64,000 bases of DNA from Candidatus Fermentibacterota bacterium (GCA_016928395.1 JAFGKV010000147.1:82977-146976); one strand, 5' to 3'. Positions 8,412 through 17,284 are shown, counted from the first letter of the stretch. Program-made: numbers and translations. The notes: generated from the letters alone by a model not told the origin.

Positions 8412-10982
8412 TCATGCCGTGGGTTCCACCGTGATGGCAACCCTGCAGTTCTTGAGAAATCCTCCCGCCCTATCGGCACGGTCAATGAGCAGTGCGTCCT
8501 CCCGGGAGACTACCACATCGGATCTGTTCTTACCCGTTGCCTCGATAGCCTTGACCACCAGAGGATTCGAACCGATGACACTCACGTGTTTTGTTCGGGC
8601 GGCCTCGGGAGTGGCAGCAAACCGGGTCAGCCCGCCCAGATTCAACTGCACGCTCCGAGAGGCCTTGGAATCGCCGTAGACCTCTTCGCCATCAGTCGAG
8701 AAAACCCGGGACTTAGTGGCCGGCCGAACGCCAAGGTACGCAGCATCCACGATGAGGCCGGTATAGGGTTCCTTACCCAGTTCGACGACCCGCGTCACAC
8801 TGGCTGCCGGCACCGGCATCGCCGAGCCGGGAGCGGACCTCAGCGAGTCCCGGAGTGTCTGTACCGCGCGGGCGGCGGCGGCCGCCTGCTCCATGGCTCG
8901 GGCCACATCGTCGCGGGATGCCCCATCGGTCCTGACGAGCTTTCGCATGGCCGCGGCTTCGGTCTCCGCAGTCGCGGCTCGTCCCTCCAGGGCAGCCACA
9001 GCAGCCTGGAGTGTCTGGGTCTGCGCCAGGCTCCTTTTCAAATCCGCGACCAAGGCGGTCACTTCCGGGGAGGGGGCACGGCTTCCCGTCTCCACGGCCT
9101 TTGTGGCCAGGGACATGGCGGCCATGGTCTCCCGCTCCAGCTCGGTCTGCCGGGCCCTGCTGGAAGCCAACTCCTCGGCCAACCGCTGGGTCTGGGCAGC
9201 CAAGGCCTGAATCTGGGCATCGCGCTGGGCTGCCGATGTCGTGGCGGCACTCTCGGTTGCCAATCGCGCCTGGGAGAGCTGCCGTTCCAACGCCACGGCC
9301 TTTTCCCGCGCAGCCTTGGCCTCGTGCGACGCCTGGCGGGCTTCGGCTACGGCCTGGGCTAGCGCCGCATTGTCTTCCTCTTTCAGACGGGACATGGCCG
9401 ACGTCGTCTGCGCTTCGAAGGCGCTCTGCTTCTGCCGGGCCGACGCCAACTCATCAGCGAGCCGCTTCGTCTCAGCCGATAGACGGGCCATCTCAATTTC
9501 TCGTTCTTGAGCAGGTTTCGAGGAGAGCGTGTCCACGGCGTTTCGGGTGTCCTGCAGTTGTCGTTCTAGCCCATCGGCCCGTTCCCTGGCCCGAAGCGCA
9601 TCATCCGCGGCCTGGCGGGCTTCCGCCAGGGCCTCGGCTGCTTTGTCTCCGGAGCCCGCCGCGGCCATGGCGGTCGTGGTACCCTTTTCGAATTGGGTCT
9701 CCAATTGTACCTGCCTCTGGCGCGTGGCTCCCAATTCCTGGGCAAGGCGCTGGGTTTCCGCGGCCAGCCTCACCATCTCAACGTCTCTCCCGGCGGCTGA
9801 TCGGGCCGTCAGGCTGTCGATAGCCAAGCGTGCCTCGCGAAGCTGCCGTTCCAGGGCCACTGCCTGCTCCCTGGCGTGGCGCGCCTCCTGGGCGGCCTGA
9901 TGGGCTTCGGTGAGAGCTGCGGAGGCCGCCGAATTGTCTGTGGCCAGGGCCGACTGGGCCTGGGTCAAACGTGTGAGCGCCAGCTCATTGTCCCGCCGCA
10001 ATCGGTCCGCTTCAGACCGGGCTGCCTCCACCTGCAGCGCCGCATCCTGGGACTTCTGTAGCATGTCGGCTACCTGGCGAGCCTGTTCTGTGGCCGAGGC
10101 GCTGGCTGCGCGGGCCTCATCCGCCGCGGTCTGGGCTTCGGCTGCGGCGTTGGCCAAACGGCCGGCGATCTCCCGGGCCTCCTGGGCCGCAGCCTGGGCC
10201 TGGCGCGTCTCATCGGATGAGGCCGCCTGAACCTGGCGGGCCTGGGCCTCGGCCGCGGAGCGGGCTACCTCGTCCGCAGCCTTGCGGGCCTCTTCGGCGA
10301 TGCGAAGGGCCGCGGCGGCTTGCTCCAGTGCCCGCGTGGCGGTCTCTCCGTCGCGCGAAGCGGTGATGGCGGCACGGGAGTCCTGGGCGGCCTGGGTTGC
10401 CTGTTGCACCAACGTTTCCAAGCGTTCGGCGCGCTGTGTGGTCTGCGCCAGCTCCGCCTGGGCACGCTCAAAGTCGGCGCGAAGCTTGGCGATCTCCGGG
10501 GCCACGGACGGCGCGGACGCGTGCTGCACCGCGGCGGCGCCGAGGCCCCGGGGACCAAAGATCATGACACCCAACTTCACCCTGACCAGCGGCGACCCGT
10601 CGGGCATGGTGACAGTGTCCTCGCTGATGATCCGGGCGTTCTTGATGAGGCCGTTCACCGCGGTGCGCAGTGTCGTGTTGGCGATTACCTCATCCTGGAA
10701 GGTATTCGAGGAACTCACATGAAGGCCGTGCACCGTCTCCGCCAGCTTCTCATAGGCTAAGGCGCGGGCGGCCTTGATCGCCATGGTGTAGCAGTGGCCC
10801 TGGTTCACGGCGAGGGTGGGATCGCAGGTCGCTTCTCCGACGACCTCCACATACCCGTTCTCCCAGTCTACCGTGGCGGTGTAGTCGGCACCCTGGTCTA
10901 TGTGCCTCAGGGCCGAAGCCTCCTGCGACGAGGCCGCAGTCGCAAGAAGGAGGATCAGACCGCTTACGATTTCATGCCGCAT
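8412..10982 (-). CDS. 856-aa LPP20-like protein with ~500-aa Ala/Gln/Arg-rich coiled-coil repeat region and conserved C-terminal domain
   Basis: Signal peptide; N-domain VDWENGYVEVVGEATCDPTLAVNQGHCYTMAIKAARALAYEKLAETVHGLHVSSSNTFQDE...DGSPLVRVKL (LPP20). Long heptad-like low-complexity segment with three ~90-aa repeats. C-terminus GLIVDAAYLGVRPATKSRVF...PLVVKAIEATG...FLKNCRVAITV. Confidence 0.7.
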   Translation of the reverse strand: MRHEIVSGLILLLATAASSQEASALRHIDQGADYTATVDWENGYVEVVGEATCDPTLAVNQGHCYTMAIKAARALAYEKLAETVHGLHVSSSNTFQDEVIANTTLRTAVNGLIKNARIISEDTVTMPDGSPLVRVKLGVMIFGPRGLGAAAVQHASAPSVAPEIAKLRADFERAQAELAQTTQRAERLETLVQQATQAAQDSRAAITASRDGETATRALEQAAAALRIAEEARKAADEVARSAAEAQARQVQAASSDETRQAQAAAQEAREIAGRLANAAAEAQTAADEARAASASATEQARQVADMLQKSQDAALQVEAARSEADRLRRDNELALTRLTQAQSALATDNSAASAALTEAHQAAQEARHAREQAVALERQLREARLAIDSLTARSAAGRDVEMVRLAAETQRLAQELGATRQRQVQLETQFEKGTTTAMAAAGSGDKAAEALAEARQAADDALRARERADGLERQLQDTRNAVDTLSSKPAQEREIEMARLSAETKRLADELASARQKQSAFEAQTTSAMSRLKEEDNAALAQAVAEARQASHEAKAAREKAVALERQLSQARLATESAATTSAAQRDAQIQALAAQTQRLAEELASSRARQTELERETMAAMSLATKAVETGSRAPSPEVTALVADLKRSLAQTQTLQAAVAALEGRAATAETEAAAMRKLVRTDGASRDDVARAMEQAAAAARAVQTLRDSLRSAPGSAMPVPAASVTRVVELGKEPYTGLIVDAAYLGVRPATKSRVFSTDGEEVYGDSKASRSVQLNLGGLTRFAATPEAARTKHVSVIGSNPLVVKAIEATGKNRSDVVVSREDALLIDRADRAGGFLKNCRVAITVEPTA
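9100..9960 (-). repeat. In-frame tandem protein repeats (~270 bp x3) inside the coiled-coil gene
   Basis: Three ~90-aa units (A(E/Q)AR(H/Q)A.EQAVALERQL(R/S)(E/Q)ARLA...ET(Q/K)RLA(Q/D)ELA..RQ.Q.E.Q). Coordinates approximate. The repeats generate many spurious plus-strand ORFs. Confidence 0.55.
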
Positions 10983-10992
10983 GGTGCGCTCC

Positions 10993-11829
10993 TCACGTGC
11001 AGTGGTTCTTGACGTAGTGGGTGGCTGCCTTGTTTGACGGGTCGATGGCGAGAATCCGTTTCCATAGAGCGCAGGCTTCCTTCAGGTCGCCGCGCTTCTG
11101 AGCTTCCAATGCCAGATCGCCATACACCTTCGCCAGGTTGAACTTGGCATCCTGACTGTTCGGGTTCACCTGGAGAACCCTCCGCCACTGATCGATGGCC
11201 GCCTGGGATTCACCCTTGGCGTAGAGTACCCAGCCCAGGCTGTTGCGGGCCTCCTGATGGCGCGAGTCAAGCTCGATGGCCCGGCGGAACGACAGCTCGG
11301 CATTGGCCTGCATGCCCAGCCGGAAGAACACCGCGCCCAGCTTCAGGTGGGTCTCTGGCTCCATGGCGTCGGCGTCTCGGGAGCGTCGCAGATGGTCCAT
11401 CGCATCCTCGACGCGACCGCGAAGCAGATAGAGAGCCCCCAGGAAGTAGTGTGCGGTGGCATTGCCGGGATCTGCGCCAAGCATGGCCTGGAATTGACCC
11501 CTGGCCTGTTCGATCCGCTCGGCGTGGAGATCAATCACGCCCTGCCACATGCACGCGGTCTCATTGCCCGGATCCAAGGCCTGGACGTAGGCGAACTGAG
11601 CCGAAGCTCCTTTCGTATCGCCGAGCTTGAGGAGAACAAGCCCCAGCAGGTTTCTGGCATAGACGTTTCGTGGGTCCATTGTCACTGCCTGGTTCAGCTT
11701 GTCTCGGGCAGCAGGGAGCCGGCCCGCCACATGATCGAGGTCGGCATCCAGCGCCAGGCGCAGAGACTCTTCAGCCGGGCCTGCCGTGCAGACACCCACG
11801 ATAATCGCGAGTAACGCCGCCACTCTCAT
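10993..11829 (-). CDS. TPR-repeat secreted protein
   Basis: Signal peptide MRVAALLAIIVGVCTAGPA followed by about 6 TPR-like repeats (ARNLLGLVLLKLGDTKGA, AHYFLGALYLLRGRVEDA, and others). Confidence 0.7.
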   Translation of the reverse strand: MRVAALLAIIVGVCTAGPAEESLRLALDADLDHVAGRLPAARDKLNQAVTMDPRNVYARNLLGLVLLKLGDTKGASAQFAYVQALDPGNETACMWQGVIDLHAERIEQARGQFQAMLGADPGNATAHYFLGALYLLRGRVEDAMDHLRRSRDADAMEPETHLKLGAVFFRLGMQANAELSFRRAIELDSRHQEARNSLGWVLYAKGESQAAIDQWRRVLQVNPNSQDAKFNLAKVYGDLALEAQKRGDLKEACALWKRILAIDPSNKAATHYVKNHCT

Positions 11830-13004
11830 GACGCGTAGGCCGCCAGCTTCGCCGCCAGGGTCTCGACCAGCCTCTCCTGAGCCTGTTCGCGGGCCAAGAG
11901 AAGCTCCTCGTCAGGATTGCTGATGAAGGCAGTTTCGACGAGCACCGAGGGCATCCGTGCCTTCTTGAGTACGAAGAAACCCGCGCTACTAATGCCGCGG
12001 CTTCGCACCGGAAACCCGGTCTTGAGGGCCTCCTGCACGTCGGCCGCGATGCGGCCGGAATCTTTCCACAGGAGCTTGCGCTGCAGCCGGAACAAGACCC
12101 ACTCGATATCGACGAGACTCTCCTGTCTGGCCAGTTCCTCGGGCTCGGCGAAGCTGTTCTCGAAGGTGGCGACTCGGGCCGCCTCCGCGCTGGAGGCCTG
12201 CTCGGAGCAGAAGAAGGTCTCGGAGCCGACGGCCTTGCGGTTCTCATTGGCGTTGCAGTGAATGGACACGAAGAGATCGGCGCCATACTGGTTGGCCACG
12301 GCGGTGCGGTCGCTTAGGTTCAGGTAGTAGTCATCGGTGCGTGTCAGGGCAATCCTGCCGAAGCCCGCCCGATCGAGGCGCGCGGCCAGGAGCCGGCTTA
12401 GTGCGAGAGTGATATCCTTCTCCTTGGTTCCCTTGAGACCTACGGCGCCGGGATCATGGCCGCCGTGGCCCGGATCGATGACGATGTTGCGGATACGCAA
12501 CCCAAGCCTGCCATCGGAGCTTCTTTGTCTGAGGCGTTCCGCTTCCTCGCGCGCTTCGGCCTCCAGCCGGGCCATCTCGGGCGAGGTGGCCGCGATTCTT
12601 GGGGCCAAGGCGGGGCCAAGAACATCCACGATGACCCGGGGGGGATCACCCACCATCCGGGCCGTGACATGGGATCCGGTGGATGCATCAAACTCCAGGA
12701 TGGTTTTGTAGCCTTCGTCAGACGGCGTGAAGATCCGATAGCTCCGCACAGGTCCGGAGGAGAGCTGGCGGCTGTCCTCCACTGGCAGATACAGCGCATT
12801 CTTCAGAACCACTTGGGGGGGAGGCCCGGGGCGGACATCCAGAGGGCAGGCTCCATCTAACTCAAGGACGACCCGCGTCTGGTCTTCCAGTACGAAGGCG
12901 TCCACCCTGCCAATGAGGGGAAGAAGATCGTCGTCCGCAAAGGCTGTCCGGGAGAGCAGGATAGCAGACGCCGGAAGGGTTTTCAGGAAGATGCGCCGCC
13001 GCAT
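11826..13004 (-). CDS. N-acetylmuramoyl-L-alanine amidase (AmiC-like: AMIN domain + Amidase_3)
   Basis: IDPGHGGHDPGAVGLKGTKEKDITLALSRLLAARL and ADLFVSIHCNA zinc-ligand motifs. N-terminal AMIN-like beta domain. 4-nt overlap with the upstream gene. Confidence 0.85.
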   Translation of the reverse strand: MRRRIFLKTLPASAILLSRTAFADDDLLPLIGRVDAFVLEDQTRVVLELDGACPLDVRPGPPPQVVLKNALYLPVEDSRQLSSGPVRSYRIFTPSDEGYKTILEFDASTGSHVTARMVGDPPRVIVDVLGPALAPRIAATSPEMARLEAEAREEAERLRQRSSDGRLGLRIRNIVIDPGHGGHDPGAVGLKGTKEKDITLALSRLLAARLDRAGFGRIALTRTDDYYLNLSDRTAVANQYGADLFVSIHCNANENRKAVGSETFFCSEQASSAEAARVATFENSFAEPEELARQESLVDIEWVLFRLQRKLLWKDSGRIAADVQEALKTGFPVRSRGISSAGFFVLKKARMPSVLVETAFISNPDEELLLAREQAQERLVETLAAKLAAYAS

Positions 13005-13007
13005 GGA

Positions 13008-14450
13008 CTACTTCGTGACTACCAGATCATTCACCGTGACCGCCCCGCCCGTGCCCTCAACGGGCTGGGCCACCGCCATCATCTCCATCACTTCGGTCAG
13101 GACGACTTCAGACTTGCTCTTGCGGGTTCTTCCAAGGGTCTTCCCGGTCGCAGGATGGGTGATCGGTTCGCCCTCGGTGAAGACGTGGAGCTTCATGCCT
13201 TTGCGCATGCCTTGGCGGGAACCCAACCCGACGTAGACTGATCCGTCAGGGTCGACCTTGACCACGGAGCCCTCCACGAGGGGGAGGACATTGGCGAAGT
13301 AGGCGGCGATATCCGCCACGGAGCGACGTAGCTGCGCAGGATCGGATTCCGGGGCTTGGGCCGATCGGGCGGCCAGCACTTCTCCCGTTTCCGTGTCAAC
13401 CAGCCGCAGATCCATCTCCACTGTTGGACCCGAACGGTTCACGCTTCCCATCACCAGGCAGTCAACCCCCGCCTGCTTGCCAAGTCTTGCCGCGGTTGAT
13501 TGATCGACGAGGTCGGTCAGCCCGAACTTGAGTTCCTTCAGCACCTTGTCCATCTGGATGCGTTCATTGACTTGAAACCGCTGATACTCCACCAACGATG
13601 TCACCATGCGCTCCGCAATGAGCCCGCCCAAGTCTTCCGTGCCCTTTGGGGCCGACATGGGGATGACTCCGACCGAGAGATAGGGAACAACGCGCTGCAC
13701 CTTGCCGGATGGGTGCGCGGTCGCCGGCGCGGGCGGACGAGTCTGGGCCGGCGGCGTGACCTGCTGAAGTGGAGGAGTTGCAGCCGGCTCAGGGATGACG
13801 CCGAAATCCTTGGGCACTTTCACCTTCCTGATGGCGCCGAGGGTCTTCTTGTCCAGCGTTCCCGTAGCGGAGAGCCGGTTGTCCTGTTGGAAACTCTGTA
13901 GCGCCGCCTGGCTGCCTTTGCCGAAGATTCCGTCTACTGTGCCGGAGTAGTAGCCTTTGTACGACAAGACCCTTTGTACTTCCCGAAGCTCATCCTGCGA
14001 CAGAGTGAGGGCGGGGGTTGCCTGTGGTTTCTCTGGTGTTGCAGGCGGGGTGGGTGTGACGCGGGCAGGAGGAGCAACTCCATTAGAAACCTTGGAAAGG
14101 AACTCGAGCGTCCGCGCATCGTTGGGAGTGTAGGCTGCTGCGAGATCGAGTTCTTCCCGTGCCCGGGTCAGGTCGCCAAGATGATAGGCGGCGATCCCGA
14201 TCTCCCGGTGGGGATGGTAGTCGACGAAATGCATGCCGTAGGTCTGAACCTTTTTCGACTGGTCTTGAAAGAGACCCTCCAACGCTTGTTCGAAGGCCAC
14301 GATGGCCTGCGCGTACTTCGCCTCTTTCGTGAGACGGAGACCCTGGGCGTAGTAGTTGTACCATCGGTCGGCGGAATCGACGAGGCCCGGCCCTGCCGAA
14401 AGAAACCCCACCACGAGGAGAATCACAGTCCGTCTCATCTCTTCCCTCAT
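13008..14450 (-). CDS. Periplasmic protein: TPR region + peptidoglycan-binding (PG_binding_1) domain + CsgG/FlgO(TolB-N)-like domain
   Basis: LREVQRVLSYKGYYSGTVDGIFGKGSQAALQSFQQDNRLSATGTLDKKTL is PG_binding_1. LSVGVIPMSAPKGTEDLGGLIAERMVTSLVEYQRFQVNERIQMDKVLKELKF...LGKQAGVDCLVMGSVNRSGPTVEMDLRLVDTETGEVL fits the CsgG/FlgO/LpoB family. Pro-rich linkers. Start uncertain (14450, 14438 or 14519). Confidence 0.65.
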   Translation of the reverse strand: MREEMRRTVILLVVGFLSAGPGLVDSADRWYNYYAQGLRLTKEAKYAQAIVAFEQALEGLFQDQSKKVQTYGMHFVDYHPHREIGIAAYHLGDLTRAREELDLAAAYTPNDARTLEFLSKVSNGVAPPARVTPTPPATPEKPQATPALTLSQDELREVQRVLSYKGYYSGTVDGIFGKGSQAALQSFQQDNRLSATGTLDKKTLGAIRKVKVPKDFGVIPEPAATPPLQQVTPPAQTRPPAPATAHPSGKVQRVVPYLSVGVIPMSAPKGTEDLGGLIAERMVTSLVEYQRFQVNERIQMDKVLKELKFGLTDLVDQSTAARLGKQAGVDCLVMGSVNRSGPTVEMDLRLVDTETGEVLAARSAQAPESDPAQLRRSVADIAAYFANVLPLVEGSVVKVDPDGSVYVGLGSRQGMRKGMKLHVFTEGEPITHPATGKTLGRTRKSKSEVVLTEVMEMMAVAQPVEGTGGAVTVNDLVVTK

Positions 14451-14792
14451 CGTGAAAACGGCCAGAGTGTCAGATGTACGAAAGCAAGATAGCCAGGCCC
14501 CGAGGAGGCGGCAAGACACGGATTAGGTGCCGGGGTAGGGACAGGCTATCCTCCGCAGACGAAGGGAGTCCTCAAACCCTTCGTGGCTGGAGGTGCGGCA
14601 GAGCACACCGGCTGGTGTGTGGGCTCGCGCGGGAGCAAGCAGGTGTGCAGGAGGGCACGGTGTCATACCCCTTCAGGCCCTGAAGCCATCCTTCATGCCA
14701 GCGTTGCTCTCTTCTGTCGCCGAGCCACACTCGGACCTGCCGCCTTGACAGCGTCACCGGCATTCTTGACCAGCGGGGTGGTCTCTGCGGAT

Positions 14793-14826
14793 GGTTGCTA
14801 TTGACATGGGGGCACCCTGCATGCAG
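14793..14826 (+). promoter_or_regulatory. Candidate sigma70-like promoter (TTGACA-17-CAGAAT) upstream of the ptsN-like gene
   Basis: ttgaca tgggggcaccctgcatg cagaat. Preceded by two more TTGAC-containing repeats at ~14744 and ~14764. Confidence 0.25.
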
Positions 14827-14863
14827 AATACTGTCAGACATATCTCGCTGGGAGGATACTACT

Positions 14864-15358
14864 ATGCTCGTGAGCAGTTTGCTGAGCCCCGCCACAGTCG
14901 CGACCGGACTCTCCCTGGAAAGCAAACAGGAGGTGCTTGAGCGTCTCGTTAGCCTAGCGGCGACGTTCGGCACGGTCGTCAACCGCTCTGCTGCGCTGAC
15001 TGCGCTGTTGGAGCGTGAGGGGCTCTGCAGCACGGCGATCGGCCACGGTATTGCCATACCGCATGCGACCCAGCCGTTGCCAGGGGTATTCAAGGGCGTG
15101 GCCTTGTCGGTCGTGCGCTTGGAACGGGGCCTCGATCTTGACGCGCCGGATGGTGAACCAGTGCGGCTCTTTGTGCTCATGGGTACGGATGATCGCAAGC
15201 AGCACCTGCAAGTCTTGGGGCGGTTGGCCCGGCTGTTCCGTTGCGACCAACTTCGAGCCGAACTCATGCAGGCCCCGACAAGCGAGGCCTTCACCGATTC
15301 GTTGGCGAAGGCCGACAATGCGCTCAATCGGCTGAATGGCACCCTGAGCTCCCCCTGA
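14864..15358 (+). CDS. ptsN: PTS EIIA type-2 (EIIA-Ntr/PtsN-like) regulatory protein
   Basis: RBS GGAGGA 7 nt upstream of the ATG. Phosphorylation-site motif HGIAIPHA and overall PtsN-like sequence. The ORF track starts at 14795. Confidence 0.75.
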   Translation: MLVSSLLSPATVATGLSLESKQEVLERLVSLAATFGTVVNRSAALTALLEREGLCSTAIGHGIAIPHATQPLPGVFKGVALSVVRLERGLDLDAPDGEPVRLFVLMGTDDRKQHLQVLGRLARLFRCDQLRAELMQAPTSEAFTDSLAKADNALNRLNGTLSSP

Positions 15359-15442
15359 CGGTCGGTAGTCGCCGAGAGGATCGCGGATTGCTCGCCATGC
15401 GGTATTCATTGAAGCCCCGCGCCTGATCTCGGGCGAGGGACA

Positions 15443-17284
15443 CTACTTCAAAGGCGCAGAGAATGTCTCCTCAATCAGATGCAGCACATTCTGAGGAAGC
15501 TCACAGGCAAGAAACTCCTTCACATCACGAGCTGACTTTTCCGACTTCTGCGCCCGATTGAGCGAGGCCCGGCTTATCCGGAATCGACAGGCGTGGTCAA
15601 CAGCGATGATTTCCGCGAATTCGGCGGCCTGCCGGAGGCGCTGCAGCGATATCGTCAGCGGAAGGAAGAACTCACCGTTGGCGGCGACGCGCAACGGCAG
15701 CGAGGTCTCAACCGGTGGTGCCTCGAGAGGGGGCTGAAGCGCACGGATGTAGAGCACGTTGGCTTGATCCCGGGCCATGTCGGCCCGTTGACTCCACCAG
15801 ATCGTGGTGGCAAGGCCGGCAAGGAGAGGAGAGGCTGAGTGCTCCGGGGAATCGAGTATCTCCGAAATGGGCGCCAGATCCGGTGCGGTGGCAAGGAGGC
15901 GACGAAAACCCGCAATCCCTATGAGATAGCCCGAAAGACTGGCCACGGGAACCCAGGCCTTCATGGTGGATGTCAGCTCAATAAGATAGCTGCGCAGCCT
16001 GCCGACCAAATGAGTCATCGGTCCCGGCGAAGCGAGGCGACAGGGGCACGATCTGCTTTCGTCCCATGAGAGCAAGGTAGGGAGTTGCGCCACCGCGATC
16101 TGAAACAGCGCACGGGGACCCCGGGCCATGAGATCCTCGGCCTCCGCCGACGGCACAATGACCGGAGATCCGCGTTCCATTGTGACCTGGAGCCAGCCGC
16201 AATCCCAGGACACCGCCAGCAGGAAGCGCTGGTATGGCTGCTGAAGAGCCAACAGTCTGGAAAGCCTATCGACATGGATCATGCTGGGGGTGCTGTCCTT
16301 GGTGGACGGGGGAGGCATCAGGGAGGTCGCGACAAGCAGGCGCAACAGGTCGAGAGCGAAGTCTCCAGGCGGAGTTACCCTGACCAAGGATGTGTCGCGT
16401 GCCGCACGGGAGGGTCGGCTGAATCGCTTAAACAGGCGGGGGATCGCACGGGCTACGGGCTTGTCTGCCTCAAGGGAGATCGAAATCTCCCTCAAGGCAG
16501 AACTTGGATCCAGATCCTTCGGGCGGGCAAGTCCGAGAAGCAAGATCTCCTGAAGCGGGTTGTGACTCCCCGTTCCATGGTAGCGCATATACCGTGGCCA
16601 CGAGAACACCTCCGGCGAGCCTGTTCCTAGCAGGATCGCCAGCCGGGCGGCAGGCTGAGGCGAGGGCGACGACTGCAGTGTTTCCATGGCGAGCAACTGG
16701 CGCAAGGAAAGTGCGGGGATCTGCGAAGCCCACGATCGCCTGACCTGATAGTAGGTGCCGGCCAGGGCATGCAATGCGCGCAGGTACGAGGCTGACTCAC
16801 GGACAGTCTGCCGTGGAATGACCCCCTGTGCCATGTAGGCGACCATGGCCTGCGCCAGGCTCCCTTGCAGAGTCCACGCAGCATCGGAGAGGAAGGCATA
16901 CTCCAGTGGCATCAGAGGCTTGTCGTGTGTATCGATACGAAACGCAAGCCCCAGCTCCACAAGGCGTTGACCGAAGCTCTCACCCAGCGACGGGGGCGAG
17001 AGTTCGAGAAGGAGCTTCTGGAGCGCAAGGCGGTATTGGTTGCGTTCTGATTCGGTGAGCTGCCGAACCTGAAGGAGAATCCACTCCCTACGCCCAAGAA
17101 AGCGACACAGCTTGTCCTGAAGCATGAGCCCCCGAAAGTGATCGCCCCTGGTAAGGCCGATCCCCAGATACTGCGCCATATGCTCCACGAGGGCAGGGCT
17201 GGATGAGAGTATCTGTGCCATCAGTATGGGAGGGCGCAGTCGGCGGGCATTCGTGGCGGTTTTCGGATCAGTTCGCGCGCTCAA
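15443..17284 (-). CDS. Hypothetical 613-aa Leu/Arg-rich protein, 4-nt overlap with (downstream of) cphA
   Basis: Long ORF with codon usage matching neighbours and translational coupling to cphA (ATGA overlap). No recognisable motif. Confidence 0.6.
   Translation of the reverse strand: MSARTDPKTATNARRLRPPILMAQILSSSPALVEHMAQYLGIGLTRGDHFRGLMLQDKLCRFLGRREWILLQVRQLTESERNQYRLALQKLLLELSPPSLGESFGQRLVELGLAFRIDTHDKPLMPLEYAFLSDAAWTLQGSLAQAMVAYMAQGVIPRQTVRESASYLRALHALAGTYYQVRRSWASQIPALSLRQLLAMETLQSSPSPQPAARLAILLGTGSPEVFSWPRYMRYHGTGSHNPLQEILLLGLARPKDLDPSSALREISISLEADKPVARAIPRLFKRFSRPSRAARDTSLVRVTPPGDFALDLLRLLVATSLMPPPSTKDSTPSMIHVDRLSRLLALQQPYQRFLLAVSWDCGWLQVTMERGSPVIVPSAEAEDLMARGPRALFQIAVAQLPTLLSWDESRSCPCRLASPGPMTHLVGRLRSYLIELTSTMKAWVPVASLSGYLIGIAGFRRLLATAPDLAPISEILDSPEHSASPLLAGLATTIWWSQRADMARDQANVLYIRALQPPLEAPPVETSLPLRVAANGEFFLPLTISLQRLRQAAEFAEIIAVDHACRFRISRASLNRAQKSEKSARDVKEFLACELPQNVLHLIEETFSAPLK

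Noticed and set aside
8560-8585. Minus-strand GGTTCGAATCC, identical to the canonical tRNA T-arm/T-loop sequence
   Set aside because: It lies inside the coiled-coil gene coding for …GSNPLVVK…. The flanking sequence cannot form T-stem, acceptor or anticodon arms, so there is no cloverleaf.
8406-10760. Numerous long plus-strand ORFs (e.g. 8406..9362, 9011..9823, 10282..10722) rich in Ala/Arg/Ser/Pro
   Set aside because: They are generated by the repetitive GC-rich coiled-coil coding sequence on the opposite strand. They have no RBS or domain signal.
3632-14642. Identical 12-mer GCGGGAGCAAGC at ~3632 and ~14631
   Set aside because: A single shared 12-mer in 64 kb of GC-biased sequence is within chance expectation, and the flanks do not extend the similarity.
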